From Phyllobates terribilis (Eukaryota): a stretch of DNA of 64,000 nt. The notes below the pieces were generated by a model. It was not told the origin of the DNA, did not search any database, and worked only from the letters and a program-made list of their open reading frames with translations. This document shows positions 1 through 12,719 of this stretch, piece by piece. The stretch spans positions 16,368,001-16,432,000 of the forward strand of contig NW_027362770.1 in NCBI RefSeq assembly GCF_046119375.1. The letters run 5' to 3'. A program made the position numbers and the translations under genes. The stretch's first letter is position 1; every line of letters begins with the position of its first letter.

Positions 1-200
1 TGTGCCTCATCTGGAATTTGTAGCGATTGGCGTGGCCGTAAGAAAGGGATCTTATCACATTGTCCGCTAAAAGAAGTAGACATTTTAGTTTGGCTGGAAG
101 ATGGTCTTTCTTCTGCACCTACCCCACGGACACAACCTTTTTTCCCCTTCCCAACACGCCTATTCCCCTTTCCACCAGCAGCAGGCCTTTTTCCACTCAT
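1..200 (-). pseudogene. N-terminus of hAT transposase (window-truncated)
   Basis: ATG at 200 reads MSGKRPAAGGKGNRRVGKGKKGCVRGVG..., collinear with the frame at 62108+. Has a 21-bp in-frame deletion relative to copy B. Confidence 0.75.
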
Positions 201-316
201 TTTGGTGGTTAACTAATTCACAACTCTGGAGTTGTTTGCACAAAAAACAATGGATGGTAACCGAGCAGAGCTGAGTGGCCAAACTGTGGTATTAGGCCAA
301 AACTATTGGCTGGGTT

Positions 317-2472
317 AGATGCAGAAAAAAATTATTTTTAATTTGCCAACCTGATGGAGGTCAGTATAGATGGACTAATAGACCAAGTCCCACACACTGC
401 TAGAAGCCCAAATATTTTTTCAGAGCTAGATGCAGAAAAAAATTATTTTTAATTTGCAACCTGATGGAGGTCAGTATAGATGGACTAATAGACCAAGTCC
501 CACACACTGCTAGAAGCCCAAATATTTTTTCAGAGCTAGATGCAGAAAAAAATTATTTTTAATTTGCAACCTGATGGAGGTCAGTATAGATGGACTAATA
601 GACCAAGTCCCACACACTGCTAGAAGCCCAAATATTTTTTCAGAGCTAGATGCAGAAAAAAATTATATTCAATTTGCAACCTGCTGGACGTCAGTATAGA
701 AGGACTAATAGAACAAGTCCCACACACTGCTAGAAGCCCAAATATTTTTTCAGAGCTAAATGAAGAAAAAAATTATTTTTAATTTGCAACCTGATGGAGG
801 TCAGTATAGATGGACTAATAGACCAAGTCCCACACACTGCTAGAAGCCCAAATATTTTTTCAGAGCTAGATGCAGAAAAAAATTATTTTTAATTTGCAAC
901 CTGATGGAGGTCAGTATAGATGGACTAATAGACCAAGTCCCACACACCGCTAGAAGCCCAAATATTTTTTCAGAGCTAGATGCAGAAATTTTTTTTATTC
1001 AATTTGCAACCTGATGGAGGTCAGTATAGATGGACTAATAGACCAAGTCCCACACACTGCTGGAAGCCCAAATATTTTTTCAGAGCTAGATGCAGAAAAA
1101 AATTATTTTTAATTTGCAACCTGATGGAGGTCAGTATAGATGGACTAATAGACCAAGTCCCACACACTGCTAGAAGCCCAAATATTTTTTCAGAGCTAGA
1201 TGCAGAAAAAAATTATTTTTAATTTGCAACCTGATGGAGGTCAGTATAGATGGACTAATAGAACAAGTCCCACACGCTGCTAGAAGCCCAAATATTTTTT
1301 CAGAGATAAATGAAGAAAAAAATTATTTTTAATTTGCAACCTGATGGAGGTCAGTATAGATGGACTAATAGACCAAGTCCCACACACTGCTAGAAGCCCA
1401 AATATTTTTTCAGAGCTAGATGCAGAAAAAAATTATTTTTAATTTGCAACCTGATGGAGGTCAGTATAGATGGACTAATAGACCAAGTCCCACACACCGC
1501 TAGAAGCCCAAATATTTTTTCAGAGCTAGATGCAGAAAAAAATTATATTCAATTTGCAACCTGCTGGACGTCAGTATAGAAGGACTAATAGAACAAGTCC
1601 CACACACTGCTAGAAGCCCAAATATTTTTTCAGAGCTAAATGAAGAAAAAAATTATTTTTAATTTGCAACCTGATGGAGGTCAGTATAGATGGACTAATA
1701 GACCAAGTCCCACACACTGCTAGAAGCCCAAATATTTTTTCAGAGCTAGATGCAGAAAAAAATTATTTTTAATTTGCAACCTGATGGAGGTCAGTATAGA
1801 TGGACTAATAGACCAAGTCCCACACACCGCTAGAAGCCCAAATATTTTTTCAGAGCTAGATGCAGAAATTTTTTTTATTCAATTTGCAACCTGATGGAGG
1901 TCAGTATAGATGGACTAATAGACAAAGTCCCACACACTGCTAGAAGCCCAAATATTTTTTCAGAGCTAGATGCAGAAAAAAATTATTTTTAATTTGCAAC
2001 CTGATGGAGGTCAGTATAGATGGACTAATAGACCAAGTCCCACACACTGCTAGAAGCCCAAATATTTTTTCAGAGCTAGATGCAGAAAAATTTTTTTTTT
2101 AATTTGCAACCTGATGGAGGTCAGTATAGATGGACTAATAGAACAAGTCCCACACGCTGCTAGAAGCCCAAATATTTTTTCAGAGATAAATGAAGAAAAA
2201 AATTATTTTTAATTTGCAACCTGATGGAGGTCAGTATAGATGGACTAATAGACCAAGTCCCACACACTGCTAGAAGCCCAAATATTTTTTCAGAGCTAGA
2301 TGCAGAAAAAAATTATTTTTAATTTGCAACCTGATGGAGGTCAGTATAGATGGACTAATAGACCAAGTCCCACACACCGCTAGAAGCCCAAATATTTTTT
2401 CAGAGCTAGATGCAGAAAAAAATTATATTCAGTTTGCAACCTGATGGAGGTCAGTATAGATGGACTAATAGA
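317..2472. repeat. 110-bp tandem array (~19-20 units) inside hAT copy A
   Basis: CAGAGCTAGA recurs at 421, 531, 641... (period 110). Variant units recur at period 880. Confidence 0.97.
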
Positions 2473-3389
2473 ATGATGCTATGCCCAAAAGATTTTACTT
2501 CACTAGGTGCAGTAAAAAAATTGGTATTCTATACACAGGTGGTATATCTTGCAACACAGATAGGCTACTCCACTGACTAACACACTCTGCAATAGGCCAA
2601 AAAGGATTAGCTTTGCTAGATTCAGCCAAATGCTGTGAAAAAAACTTGCACAGCACTGGCACAGACCTGCCTGGCAAAAACTGATAGGAACTCATGTAAC
2701 CTAGTCCTGAAAAGGACTCCAATTACAATTAGTCTTTACTCCCACAATCTATCTATTTAAGAGCACAGACCTGCCTGATAAAAGTCGTAGGAAATGCTGT
2801 AACCTAGTCCTTAAAAGGACTGCAATCACAACTATTCCCTACTCCCAAGCTATCTGTATATTTGTGCGAAAATTGGCTTGAAATTAACAAGGTATAGCGC
2901 ACACAGCAACAGCGGTGCCGTCTAACACGCAGCTGCAACAGTGAGAAAATGGTGGCGACGGGGAAAATGGCTTGGTCTTATAGGGCAAGGACATGTGACA
3001 TACACTGCCAATCACACATGCCCTTGCTTGTGTGAAAAAAAGCACTTCGCTCCGTGTGTGCGCTGCTGATAGGCTGACAGATTGCACCTCCCCACTGCAA
3101 ATGCGGGAAAGAGAAAAAAAAATGGAGATCTTCATTGTTCCTGCAGAGATCCATCCCCTGCCCCTCCCCCCACCCCGCTGTACACTCAAACTGCGTATTA
3201 ACATTAATTTTCATCATTACTGAGAAAAAATCCAGTTATGATTTTGGTGCACGAACAGTTATCGAACATAACCTCGAACAGCCGAATTTTTCTCAAATTG
3301 TTCGTGTTCGCCGACCGGCTCGAACACCGCCCAAAACAACTCGAATTTGAGATTGGCGAACAGTTCGAGTAGAACACCGCTCATCTCTA

Positions 3390-4578
3390 GTCTTTACCTG
3401 GAAATTTCCTGCAGGGTCTATGTAGTGGCAACAGGTAGGGCCTAGTATCTGACACATCCTGCTCTCTCTAGCAGTCAAGTAATCTAGCATTATGGTATGT
3501 TGGTTAGAAACTACAATTAGTGGTTTCTGTACAATATTAGATGTATTAAGAAAGTCAAGAATCTGGAAGACCTGGCCATCTAGATAATCAGTCGCCCCTA
3601 CCAACTTATCCCACATTTGCATTATGAATGGGTAAATGAATAAGACACTGAAAAATTTGTTAGCCACCCCCATTTCTACAAGATGCAGTTTACCAATTGG
3701 TCTGGGCTTGTTGTCTGCAGCTCGTCTATACAGTGTTTGTAGAGGTATTGCTTTAATATCTATCTTGTGTGTGGTACTATAAAAGTAGAAGGTGTCAGAA
3801 ATGCCAGTGTGCAAACTACTGTGAAATTGTTGGGTAACCACTTGTAAGCCTGATGTCCACATACAATATATAAACTCTCTGGTGATCCAACAACAGTGTT
3901 GTTGAACAGACTAGCAATCCATTTAGATAACAAGGTGGTGCTTAATTATTCCATAATTTTTCCCTGATACTGAGTGTCATTTGAGGTAAAACCTGATATT
4001 AGATTTTTCAAGGTGACATTTACACAATGAAGCTTAGGATTGAGAGTGGCATCAACCGCTATACACTGCGTAGTAGTGGTAGCACATCCATTACACTCTG
4101 AAGTCAACTGTAAAGAAGGGAAACCCTCTGGATTTTATCTGAATACAGCTGCAAGAGTTAAAGTTTGGATAACAGGAGAGGTCGACACGACTGGTCGCCC
4201 AAGGCATTTCAGACTGACTTAGAGGCGGACTACTCCTGTTAAATTACAACCATGGCTCAGTCACCCAAGCAGCTACAGTTAGACCTACAGCCTTCTTTTT
4301 TTTTTTGTTCTTAGTCTAATAGGAAAAGTGTGGTTACTTAAGTAAAACATTTCTTTCAAAGTCACTGGAATGGCTAAATAAGGCATAGTATTGGAGGATA
4401 TTGGACTATGGGTGCATATCCAACAGTTCTTAGGACGGTCATTAGAGTTCATGTCTTGGAGTAAGAGTTGGTGATGCTTTATCAGTTTGCTATCCCAGTT
4501 CTCTTTTAGTACTTCATGGAGAGTTAGGGCAAGAGGTACGGTTACTATCACCATAGTCCAAACAAACAGAGTCATCAT
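3390..4578 (-). pseudogene. env: ERV envelope, gamma-type (frameshifted, 3'-truncated)
   Basis: Signal peptide MMTLFVWTMVIVTVPLAL; SU CXXC motif NCWIC; TM ISD-like SNQHTIMLDYLTA followed by CX6CC (CQILGPTCC). Cut at 3390 by the hAT terminus. Confidence 0.9.
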
Positions 4579-7500
4579 CTTTGCTGCTGCTGGGGTTCAA
4601 GACCTTTTTACAATGGCTGGCATGGATCCAAGTGTCCTTGCCTTGAAGCTTGACAGAAGTGGCAGTGGTTAACAGCACTTGAAATGGTTCACTGTATCTG
4701 GGCTCCAGTGGTCTCCTCATATGTCTCTTTACCATGACCCAGTCTCCTGGTACCAAAGTGTGAGTGCCGCTGAAGCAATTGGGGTCTGGGAAAGAGGAAA
4801 GACCACGATTATGAGTAACAGTCAAATGTTTATGCAACTCCAGAACATATTCAGTGAGAGAATCATAGAAGGCCTGCAGCTGCTGTGGGAAATGCAACCC
4901 TGTCTTAGGGACACTATCAAATGGTATTTCATATGGGGACAACTCACTGAATACAATGCTATGGGCAAACAATCTACCCAGGACAAGTGTGCTTCTTCCA
5001 TGCACTTTTGGATTTTTAGTTTCAAGGTACCATTCAGGCGTTCCACCTTCCCACTACTTTGTGGATGATAGAGAACATGGAAAGCCTGTTCTATCCCAAG
5101 AGTGACCATGATTTGTTTCATTAGTTCCCCAGCAAAGTGGGTTCCTTTGTCACTTTCTATAGTTTCAGGCACCCCATATCTACAAACCACCTCACTGATC
5201 AATTTTTTAGCAGTAGTTTTTGTGTTTGCTTTAGTCACCGCCCAAGCTTCTGGCCATCCAGAGGAAAAGTCAATGCATAACAGGGAGTATTCATAACCCA
5301 CCTTAGGTAGCTGTATGTAGTCCATCTGCAGTCTCTGAAATGGGTAATCTGGTTTTGGTGTTCATTTCCGTGGGACTCGAATAGGCCTACCAGGGTTATG
5401 TTTTGCACAAACTAGACATTCTTGAACATACTTTGCAGCCATATTCAGGAACCCTGGGGCACACCAGTTTTGTAGCACCAGTGCACACATAACACCCTTT
5501 GAGTTATGCAGCGGAGAATGTGCACGGGCAGACATCATGGGGAACAGGCAGCGTGGAAGGCAAATGTGCTTGTTTACCTGCCATACCCCTAACACTGACT
5601 ATACTTCACCCGCTTTGACCCATGCATTTTGCTCGTGGGGGGGGGGGCCTGGGTCTGGAAGACCTGCTGTAGTTCGAGGTCCACGGCCGCTGGGACTGGT
5701 GCAGGGGATGTCTCCTTATTTGAAAGGGGGCTTCCTGCACTCCTTGACTCTGAGTCTCCTGGGGTTCCCGCACCTGCTATAGCCAGTATCTCTGTCAGAG
5801 GTAGTCATGCTGCTTCCTTAGCTGCCTGGTCATCCAAGGCATTCCCTACTGCAAGGGGAGTTTGTTCCCATGTGTGTGCTGTCACTTTGACTATGGCTGC
5901 CCTTCGGGAAAGGGTGAGTGCGGTGAGTAGCTGCTCTACCGTTTGTGCATTACTTATAGGTTTGCCAGCAGATGTCAAGAAATTATGGCTTCGCCAAATG
6001 GCGCCAAAGTCATATGCAACACCATAAGCATATTGCGAGTCATAAAATACATTAATTTATTTAGCTTTTCCCAGATTACATGCTGCAGCGAGTACTTTAA
6101 GCTCCGCCTCTTGCGCAGAGCAGCTGCAGGGGAGTGGATCTTGTATTACTGCCTTATCAGTGTGGACTACGGCATACCTGGTGATGAATCGTCCTTGTTC
6201 ACTGTCCCAAGCTCAGGAACCATCTACAAAATACTCAGCAGAGGGGTTAGTAAGTGGTACATCAGTAATATTTGCCAAGCCCTTTATTTCAGCTTCCATC
6301 AATGCCTGACAATCATGTTCATGTGCTATATCAAACCGAGCTTCCTCATCTGCTAATTTGAAAAACAGAGGCAGGCCTTGGCTCATGGTCCCTCCCTCTT
6401 CCCCATCCTGATACTTTCCTCCCTTTTCTAAATCCACTGGAAGTAGTGTAGCTGGATTTAGAACATTACAGCGTTTGATAGTTATATGGGGGGGGGGGGT
6501 GTAAGGAGTGAGACTTCATATTTTGTCCACCTTGATGCTGAGAGGTGGCGGGTCTGAGCCTGTTGAAGTATTTCAGATACAGCATGAGGAACTTGAAGTG
6601 TGAGGGGGCTTCATGTAACTATGTCCTCTGTCTTTTTAATGAGTTCTGAAGCAGCTGCCACAGCTCTAACACAAGTAGGAGACCCCATAATGACTGGATC
6701 TAGGGTTACAGAGTAATACCCTAGAGGGCGCTGCCTACCATCATGTTTTTGGGTAAGGACACCAGACGCATGTCCACCCCTGTTCGTGGCAGTACAAAGT
6801 AAAAAACTTGTCATAATTTGGTATACCAAGAGCTGGTGAGGCAGAAAGAGTGAGCTTGAAGGTGTGAAATGCATCAATAGCCTCAGAATTAATGGTGAAA
6901 GGCTCAGTTTTGAGGCATTGGAACAATGGGGCCATAATACTAGAGGCATTTTGTATCCAGAGAGGGCAGTACTGGACCAGGCCCAAGAATGCCTGAAGGG
7001 ACTTGGTAGATCTTGGAAGGAGTACTTTTAGTATAGCCTCAATCCTCCCTGGGCTGAGTTGCTTAATGCCTGGAGACAGGCAATGCCCAATGAAAGTGAC
7101 TGTGGACTTGCACAATTGGAGTTTATCTTTTGTAACTTTGCACCCATGTTCTGCTAAGAATATCAGCAGAGATTGAGATTCATTGTGGCATATCTGGTCA
7201 GCGGTGCAGCAAAGGAGAAGGTCATCCACATATTGTAAGAGAATGGTGGATGAATCAAAGGGGCACCAATTATCGAGTATACTCTTTAGGGATGTGGAAA
7301 ATAAGGAAGGGGAGTTAGCAGCTCCCTGTGGAAGGACTGCCCATGCATACTGGGCACCTCTGTGGGTGAAGGCAAAATAAGAGGTGCACTCCGTGGACAA
7401 GGAGACAGAGAAAAAAGCATTGGCCAAATCAATCACTGTGAAACAGGTAGCTGTGGAGGGGACCTGATTCAGGAGAGTATGGGAGTTGGGTAAAAGTGGA

Positions 7501-8285
7501 GTATCCACTATAGTTACTGCATTAGCTGCCCTAAGACTGCCCTGTACCATATGATAGGCTGCTGGCTGTCCAGGTGGGGTTTTCTTTTTGACTGGGTAAA
7601 GAGGAGTGTTAAATGGGAAGGTTATAGAAATGACTAGACCTCTTAACAAGAGCTTCAGGACATTCTCATATATTGCCGCATCCTGAGCAGCACTTAAAGG
7701 ATACTGCTTTATACAGGGGGGTTGGGCACCTGGTTTAAGTTTTACAGTCACCGGAGGGATGGGTAGATCAAGTTTGCTACATGCCCACAATTAACTGGGT
7801 GTATTCTCAAGCCAAACAGGATGGGAATTAGGTTTAGAGTCTGTATTGTCTAGAACTGTGGGAATTGTTAGGGATAGAAGACTACACAGTGTGTCATCAT
7901 CCAGGGGGGTGGTCATCATGGGGCCATGTGGAGTGAATTCTATGCAGGCCCCAATTTTCTGCAATACATCTGTTCCCAACAAATTAAAAGGCACATCAGG
8001 GGAAACTAAAACCTGGGTTACAATTGAAATTGAGTCATGCATATTTAATCGGAGAGGATGAGTCATTTTTAATTTAGTAAGTCGTCCCTCTACCCCTTCA
8101 CAAGTCACATAGTCGGGGGATAAAATGTCCTCTGGAACATGTTCTTGCATTAATACTGTTTGGGCTGCTCCAGTGTCTACCATGAATTAAACAGTTTTTC
8201 CCTCCCCCAGGGACACGGGTACAGTGAATGTGGGTCCCTGGGGGGTGACAACGGGGCAGAGGAAGACATCTGGATTGCCAGTTTC
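4514..8285 (-). pseudogene. pol: ERV pro-pol (protease, RT, RNase H, integrase) with stops and frameshifts
   Basis: MVDTGA protease (8183); IDLANAFF, LPQG and QYVDDLL in RT (6741-7790); YFVDGS RNase H; HHCC finger (5362-5595); D-D-E core CIDFSSGW/IESDKGTHF/GKVERLNG; C-terminal PGDWVMVK...WIHASHCK. Confidence 0.95.
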
Positions 8286-9599
8286 CTATGGAGGGGTCTG
8301 GGCAGTGGCTGTTGATTTTGAGGGACATTTGATGGATAAATGTCCTTTTTGCCGACAAGACCAACATTCTACATTGATGTAATCTCTATCTCCTCCTTGG
8401 TGGTTGCTTCCTCATCTCCCCTTCGATCTTCCCTTCCTGGGATGAACAGGAGCTAAGTTAACCCTTTTCTTTGACATGCTTTCTAGTTCAGCACATCGGG
8501 CTATTTCCTTTAAATCAACCCATTGCATATTGCGCCACTCCGGGTGACTAGTGCGTTTTACAGTCTGAACTATAGGTCTAAGGCCATTCATAAAACACTG
8601 CAACAATAATCTGTGATCCTTATCATCATTATGCTCATGTCCAAAATCCAACCATGTTTGTTCTAATACAGAGGCATATTCTGAGACTGACTGAGCCTTA
8701 TCCTGTACTACAGTTTGTAACAGGTCTTGTTTTTTTATCCTGCTCTGCCCGTGCCCAGTTTTGCATCCTTTGTATAAATACCCGACCCAACTCTGATTTA
8801 TTTTTAATGGTTGGTTCCTGACCTGGCAGCATCTGAGTAATTTCCATAAGTAAGGGGTCACTGCCTTTCTTCAGAATAACAGAAACTGGATAATCCTATG
8901 TGGCCATATGCCTCCTGAACACCCTGGAGGCCCATTCTAAATGTTAAGGTTGTTTTTCTGGGATCTGGGAGCTGGGTATTGAGGGAAATAAGTTCACTGG
9001 GGGGTTTCTATTGGCCATACTTGGGGGGGATCTTGTACCTGAACATTATCAACCATCCTAAGATGTTGAAACTGTACATGATTAGTTGTCCTCATAGGGA
9101 ACAGAGGTACCCTGGGTGTTGTTCCTTGGTGTGAAGACCAACGGGATCTGCAACAATTAACCCCAGTGGGATATTGATGACCACAATGTCTGCAAGTCCA
9201 TCCTATTGACTCAGCATAAGGCGGGGGTGCTAAATTTACATCAGGTACAGAGACTACAGGGGTCTGAGAGTTTTACAAACTGTCATAGATTACATAGACA
9301 GTTCCATGCCTGGTTTCATCTGATTTACGTTCACTCTTTGAGAGATGTTTTGCTACTTCTAACCACATCCTAGCCTGCTCTAGTTTGTTTTTATCTTTCA
9401 ACCATCCTTCCCAATTGCAGATATATTTCTCTCATACCTTCTCTTCCAGATTTCCCCACTTTCCCATACCAAATTTCCTCAATATTATTTCACATCCCTC
9501 TACTGCTTCTTTCCCTTTCAGTCTCTCCAGTATCTCACATGCTGGAACTGGGGCCACACCCTTTGGGTCATTCAATTCCTTGCTGTTGCCAGTCCCCAT
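8286..9599 (-). pseudogene. gag: ERV gag (degenerate)
   Basis: ATG at 9599 gives MGTGNS (MGxxxS myristoylation consensus); PPPY late domain at 9216-9227; capsid-like ORF 8412-8861; single CCHC knuckle CWSCRQKGHLSIKC at 8325-8366; TAG at 8286-8288 in frame with the protease. Confidence 0.9.
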
Positions 9600-9713
9600 G
9601 ACTGCAATCACTGTGCCAGAGTTACAATAGAACTCTCTTCAGCACACCTAGAGCCTCTCAGACTCTAAATTTGATCCTGTCCAAGTCTCCTCTGAGCCTC
9701 GAAAGACAGATCT

Positions 9714-10173
9714 TTAAGTAAGTACTGGCACTGATTTTCCAGCCTTGTGAGCTAGGGAGATTCTTATTCACAACCAAACAAATAACAATACCAAGCCTAC
9801 TTCTCCAACTACTATTATAATTATTTCTGCATGATCATATAACATTTCCTGAGGTAATCTGCAATTATTAAATGGCTGCCTCTGCAGTTTCTCTATCAAC
9901 TGGGTTAGTTCCGGGACAAAAAAAGGAAGTCACCCAGGTTGGGGCATAATGGTGTGTTTTTACTACCCAGTTCAAAGGTTTTCCTTCTACACCTTGTAAA
10001 GGCACTGCGTGACAATTATATCTGCAAAAAGTGTTACTTTTAATGCTATATGTTTCCCGGTCTTGGCATACAGGCTGAGTAAGAACTTCAACTACTATGA
10101 TTTTTCCTCTCTTGAGCTTACACAAAACAGAACACAGACACTGAGGACAACGATTCTGATTCATCAAAAACAA
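9714..10173 (-). pseudogene. Candidate ERV pre-gag accessory ORF (Cys-containing, C-terminal hydrophobic segment), family unknown
   Basis: ORF 9868-10173 plus, after removing one T from a T7 run (~9918-9924), VPELTQLIEKLQRQPFNNCRLPQEMLYDHAEIIIIVVGEVGLVLLFVWL*IRISLAHK. Confidence 0.35.
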
Positions 10174-10837
10174 TTTAACAATACGTCAGTCACTCAATGC
10201 ACACTGCACAATCGCTGATGTTAATCCCCCTGCTGTATTCGGGCTAACAACTGCATTCAGTTACCCCTTTCTTGTGGGTGCCCTTATCAATTTACAGGGG
10301 AATTTAATACCCCCAGAGTACTACCTTACCGTGTAGGATTCCTCTGTTATAGGCAATCACACTTCCCTGATCCTTTTACGGACAGATTTTCCTCTCCACC
10401 ACATGTGAAGGAAGACACCTAATGGGATCCTTTATCAAGCAGGGCCCGTAGTCCCTTATTGGTCAATCAAAAATCATTCAGTCCCACATTCAAGGATCCT
10501 CATAGTTTACAATATCATACCAGACATTTATGACGTAGAGAAAACAAACAACATAAAACAATCCTCTGACTCCTAAAATATACAGGAGAGCTGAGAAGGT
10601 GCCTAATCCCGACACACTGGGCAAGGTTGATTACTCGTCACTTCATTCAATTATCATTCAACCATCATTCAATCATCAATTATACATCTAAAAACACATT
10701 GAAACATATAAGACAACAAATTTTTGCACATAAAAATTCAATCACTTGCAAGCGTTCAAAAATGATTGTCTTGTTAGGACCACCAATTACCCATCCTGAA
10801 TCCCTCTAGGTAACACTGAATTATTAGTAACAAGGGG

Positions 10838-10846
10838 TTACTTACC
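10838..10846 (-). promoter_or_regulatory. ERV major splice donor candidate
   Basis: Minus strand CCGCG|GTAAGTAA, about 70 nt downstream of the PBS, the usual position for the env splice donor. Confidence 0.55.
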
Positions 10847-10913
10847 GCGGATTTATTCAGTGGTTCCCAGAGAGATGCTTGTTGACGGGTCCAGAGGAGG
10901 CCCGGTTGTGACA

Positions 10914-10933
10914 ATCCCAGGTTGCAGGCACCA
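10914..10933 (-). promoter_or_regulatory. ERV primer-binding site, tRNA-Phe-like
   Basis: Minus strand TGGTGCCTGCAACCTGGGAT immediately follows the LTR end ...CAGTTCA. The complement of the vertebrate tRNA-Phe 3' end is TGGTGCCGAAACCCGGGA (1 insertion, 2 mismatches). Confidence 0.65.
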
Positions 10934-11270
10934 TGAACTGATGTGGAAACCCTTCTTTCTTAGGGGGAGCTTTGGAATAGATAGCAAAGGGTCTTCCCAT
11001 TGCCAGTGAGATTCAAATAAAAATAATTCATCAATGAAGGGAGGGAGACAAATACATGCGACATGCAATTGTCAGCAGGTAGAGTCTTGTGAGGCAGCTA
11101 AGACTCAACCATATTAATTAGCTAGACAAAGCGGAACTACAACCGTTACATGCAACTGAAGAGGAAACCAAAATAGACTATCAGTGCTAACACACTTCCC
11201 GTGGCCCAACGTAAAACCTTTTTGTCAGGGAACTCACAGGAAATCATTATCTTAGTCAGACATTCAATGA
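10934..11270 (-). repeat. ERV 5' LTR (outer boundary uncertain, ~11266-11361)
   Basis: Terminal CA abuts the PBS. No second LTR is available for comparison. Confidence 0.5.
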
Positions 11271-11564
11271 TACAAGTTTTAAGCAAAGACTACAGACATA
11301 GAAAAGTATATAATTGTTTCTAAATAATAATGAAGCTAGATCTAAAATATTAACCATAACAATAGTAATGATGGAGAAGAGAGGACGTCATGTGACGCTC
11401 TCTCGCCCATCATTTCCCTTCTGCCTCTGACTCAGCGTCATGACGTCATTGCGCTTTGCAGGGCAGTGGAGCTACTTTGACGCGCTGCTGATATCGGAGC
11501 TGCGGGGGAACAATGAGGCGAGGTAAGTATTAGATATATTTTTTAACTCACTGAGGACTGGGGG

Positions 11565-12412
11565 CTACATTATACTCTCTATGGGAGCTACACTATACTC
11601 TATATGGCTGCAGCCTTATACTCTATATGGGGGCTACATTTTACTCTATATGGCTACATTTTACTCTATATGGGGGATGCATTAAACTCTATAAGAAGAC
11701 TGCATTATACTCTATATTATACTCTATATGGGTGGCTACATTACACTCTATATGGCTGCTGCATTATACTCTATATGGGGGCTAAATTTTACTCTATATG
11801 GCTGCTGCATTATACTGTATGGGGGGCTGCATTATGCCCTAAATGGCTTCATTATACCATAAATGACTTCATTATACTCTATATGGCTGCATTATACTGT
11901 ATGGGGCGCTACATTATACTCTATGGGGCTGCATTGTACAGTATTGGGACTGCACTATACTCTATGGGAGCTGCATTATACTCTATATTATACTCTATAT
12001 GGGTGGCTACATTATATTCTATATGGCTGCTGCATTATACTCTATATGGGGGGCTAAATTATACTCTATATGGCTGCTGCATTATACTGTATGGGGGCTG
12101 CATTATACTCTATACGGCTGCATTATACTGTATGGGGGCTGCATTATGCCCTAAATGGCTGCATCATACCCTAAATGACTGCATTATACTCTATATGGCT
12201 GCATTATACTGTATGGGGGCGCTACATTATACTCTATGGGGCTGCATTGTACAGTATTGGAACTGCATTATACTCTATGGGGGCTGCATTATACTGTACT
12301 ATGGACTATGGGGTGCATTATACTGTATGGAAGACTATGGGGTGCATTATACAATATGGAGGACTAAGGGGTGCATCATACTATATGGAGGACTATGGTG
12401 TGCATTATACTA
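11565..12412. repeat. ~22-bp minisatellite (GGGGCTGCATTATACTCTATAT-like) with a CpG/TGACGTCA-containing head at ~11380-11530
   Basis: Direct inspection of the degenerate tandem units. Confidence 0.9.
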
Positions 12413-12719
12413 AACTAGCAAAATGCTGCCTATTCATCAAGTGATTGGATTGTTTATGCTGGAACAAAAATGATTGTTCTCAGCAGCACATCGCCTGGTG
12501 AAAACTGCAGATCTGATGCTGATAACATGATACTGTATGGGGACAGATTGATTTATTAGTGATTGTTCTGTCCCCATCATTCTTCCTCAGCTGGTGTAAA
12601 GAAGCCGGAAAACAAGCGTCAAATGACTTCAATATTGTCGATCACGCTCGTTTATCAGCCTGAATTCAACATGTAAATACAACCGAAATGTTTCTGTATG
12701 ATGGTGTAATATGTGAGCA

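Larger units (their letters stand above)
1..3389 (-). mobile_element. hAT DNA transposon family 1, copy A (5' part; continues beyond window start)
   Basis: Ends in CGCTCATCTCTA (3378-3389; reverse complement TAGAGATGAGCG). The whole segment is the reverse complement of 59801-~62330, whose downstream ORF is a BED-finger hAT transposase. Confidence 0.9.
3390..11270 (-). mobile_element. Endogenous retrovirus, class I (epsilon/gamma-like), degenerate; 3' end of env and 3' LTR displaced by the hAT
   Basis: Order LTR-PBS-leader-gag-TAG-pro(DTG)-RT(YVDD)-RNaseH(DGS)-IN-env on the minus strand. The right boundary is approximate. Confidence 0.95.

Noticed and set aside
317-2472. CRISPR-like regular repeats (also 51930-53600 and 55960-59800)
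   Set aside because: Whole units repeat with no unique spacers, there are no cas genes and the context is eukaryotic.
8186-8205. GGGAAAAAC as a gag-pro frameshift site in the ERV
   Set aside because: Gag ends at the TAG at 8286-8288, already in frame with the protease; the nearby TAA (8187-8189) is better explained as a nonsense mutation.
11604-12413. 269-aa Tyr/Gly/Cys-rich ORF resembling a keratin-associated protein
   Set aside because: Coincides exactly with a ~22-bp minisatellite whose indels shift frame repeatedly.
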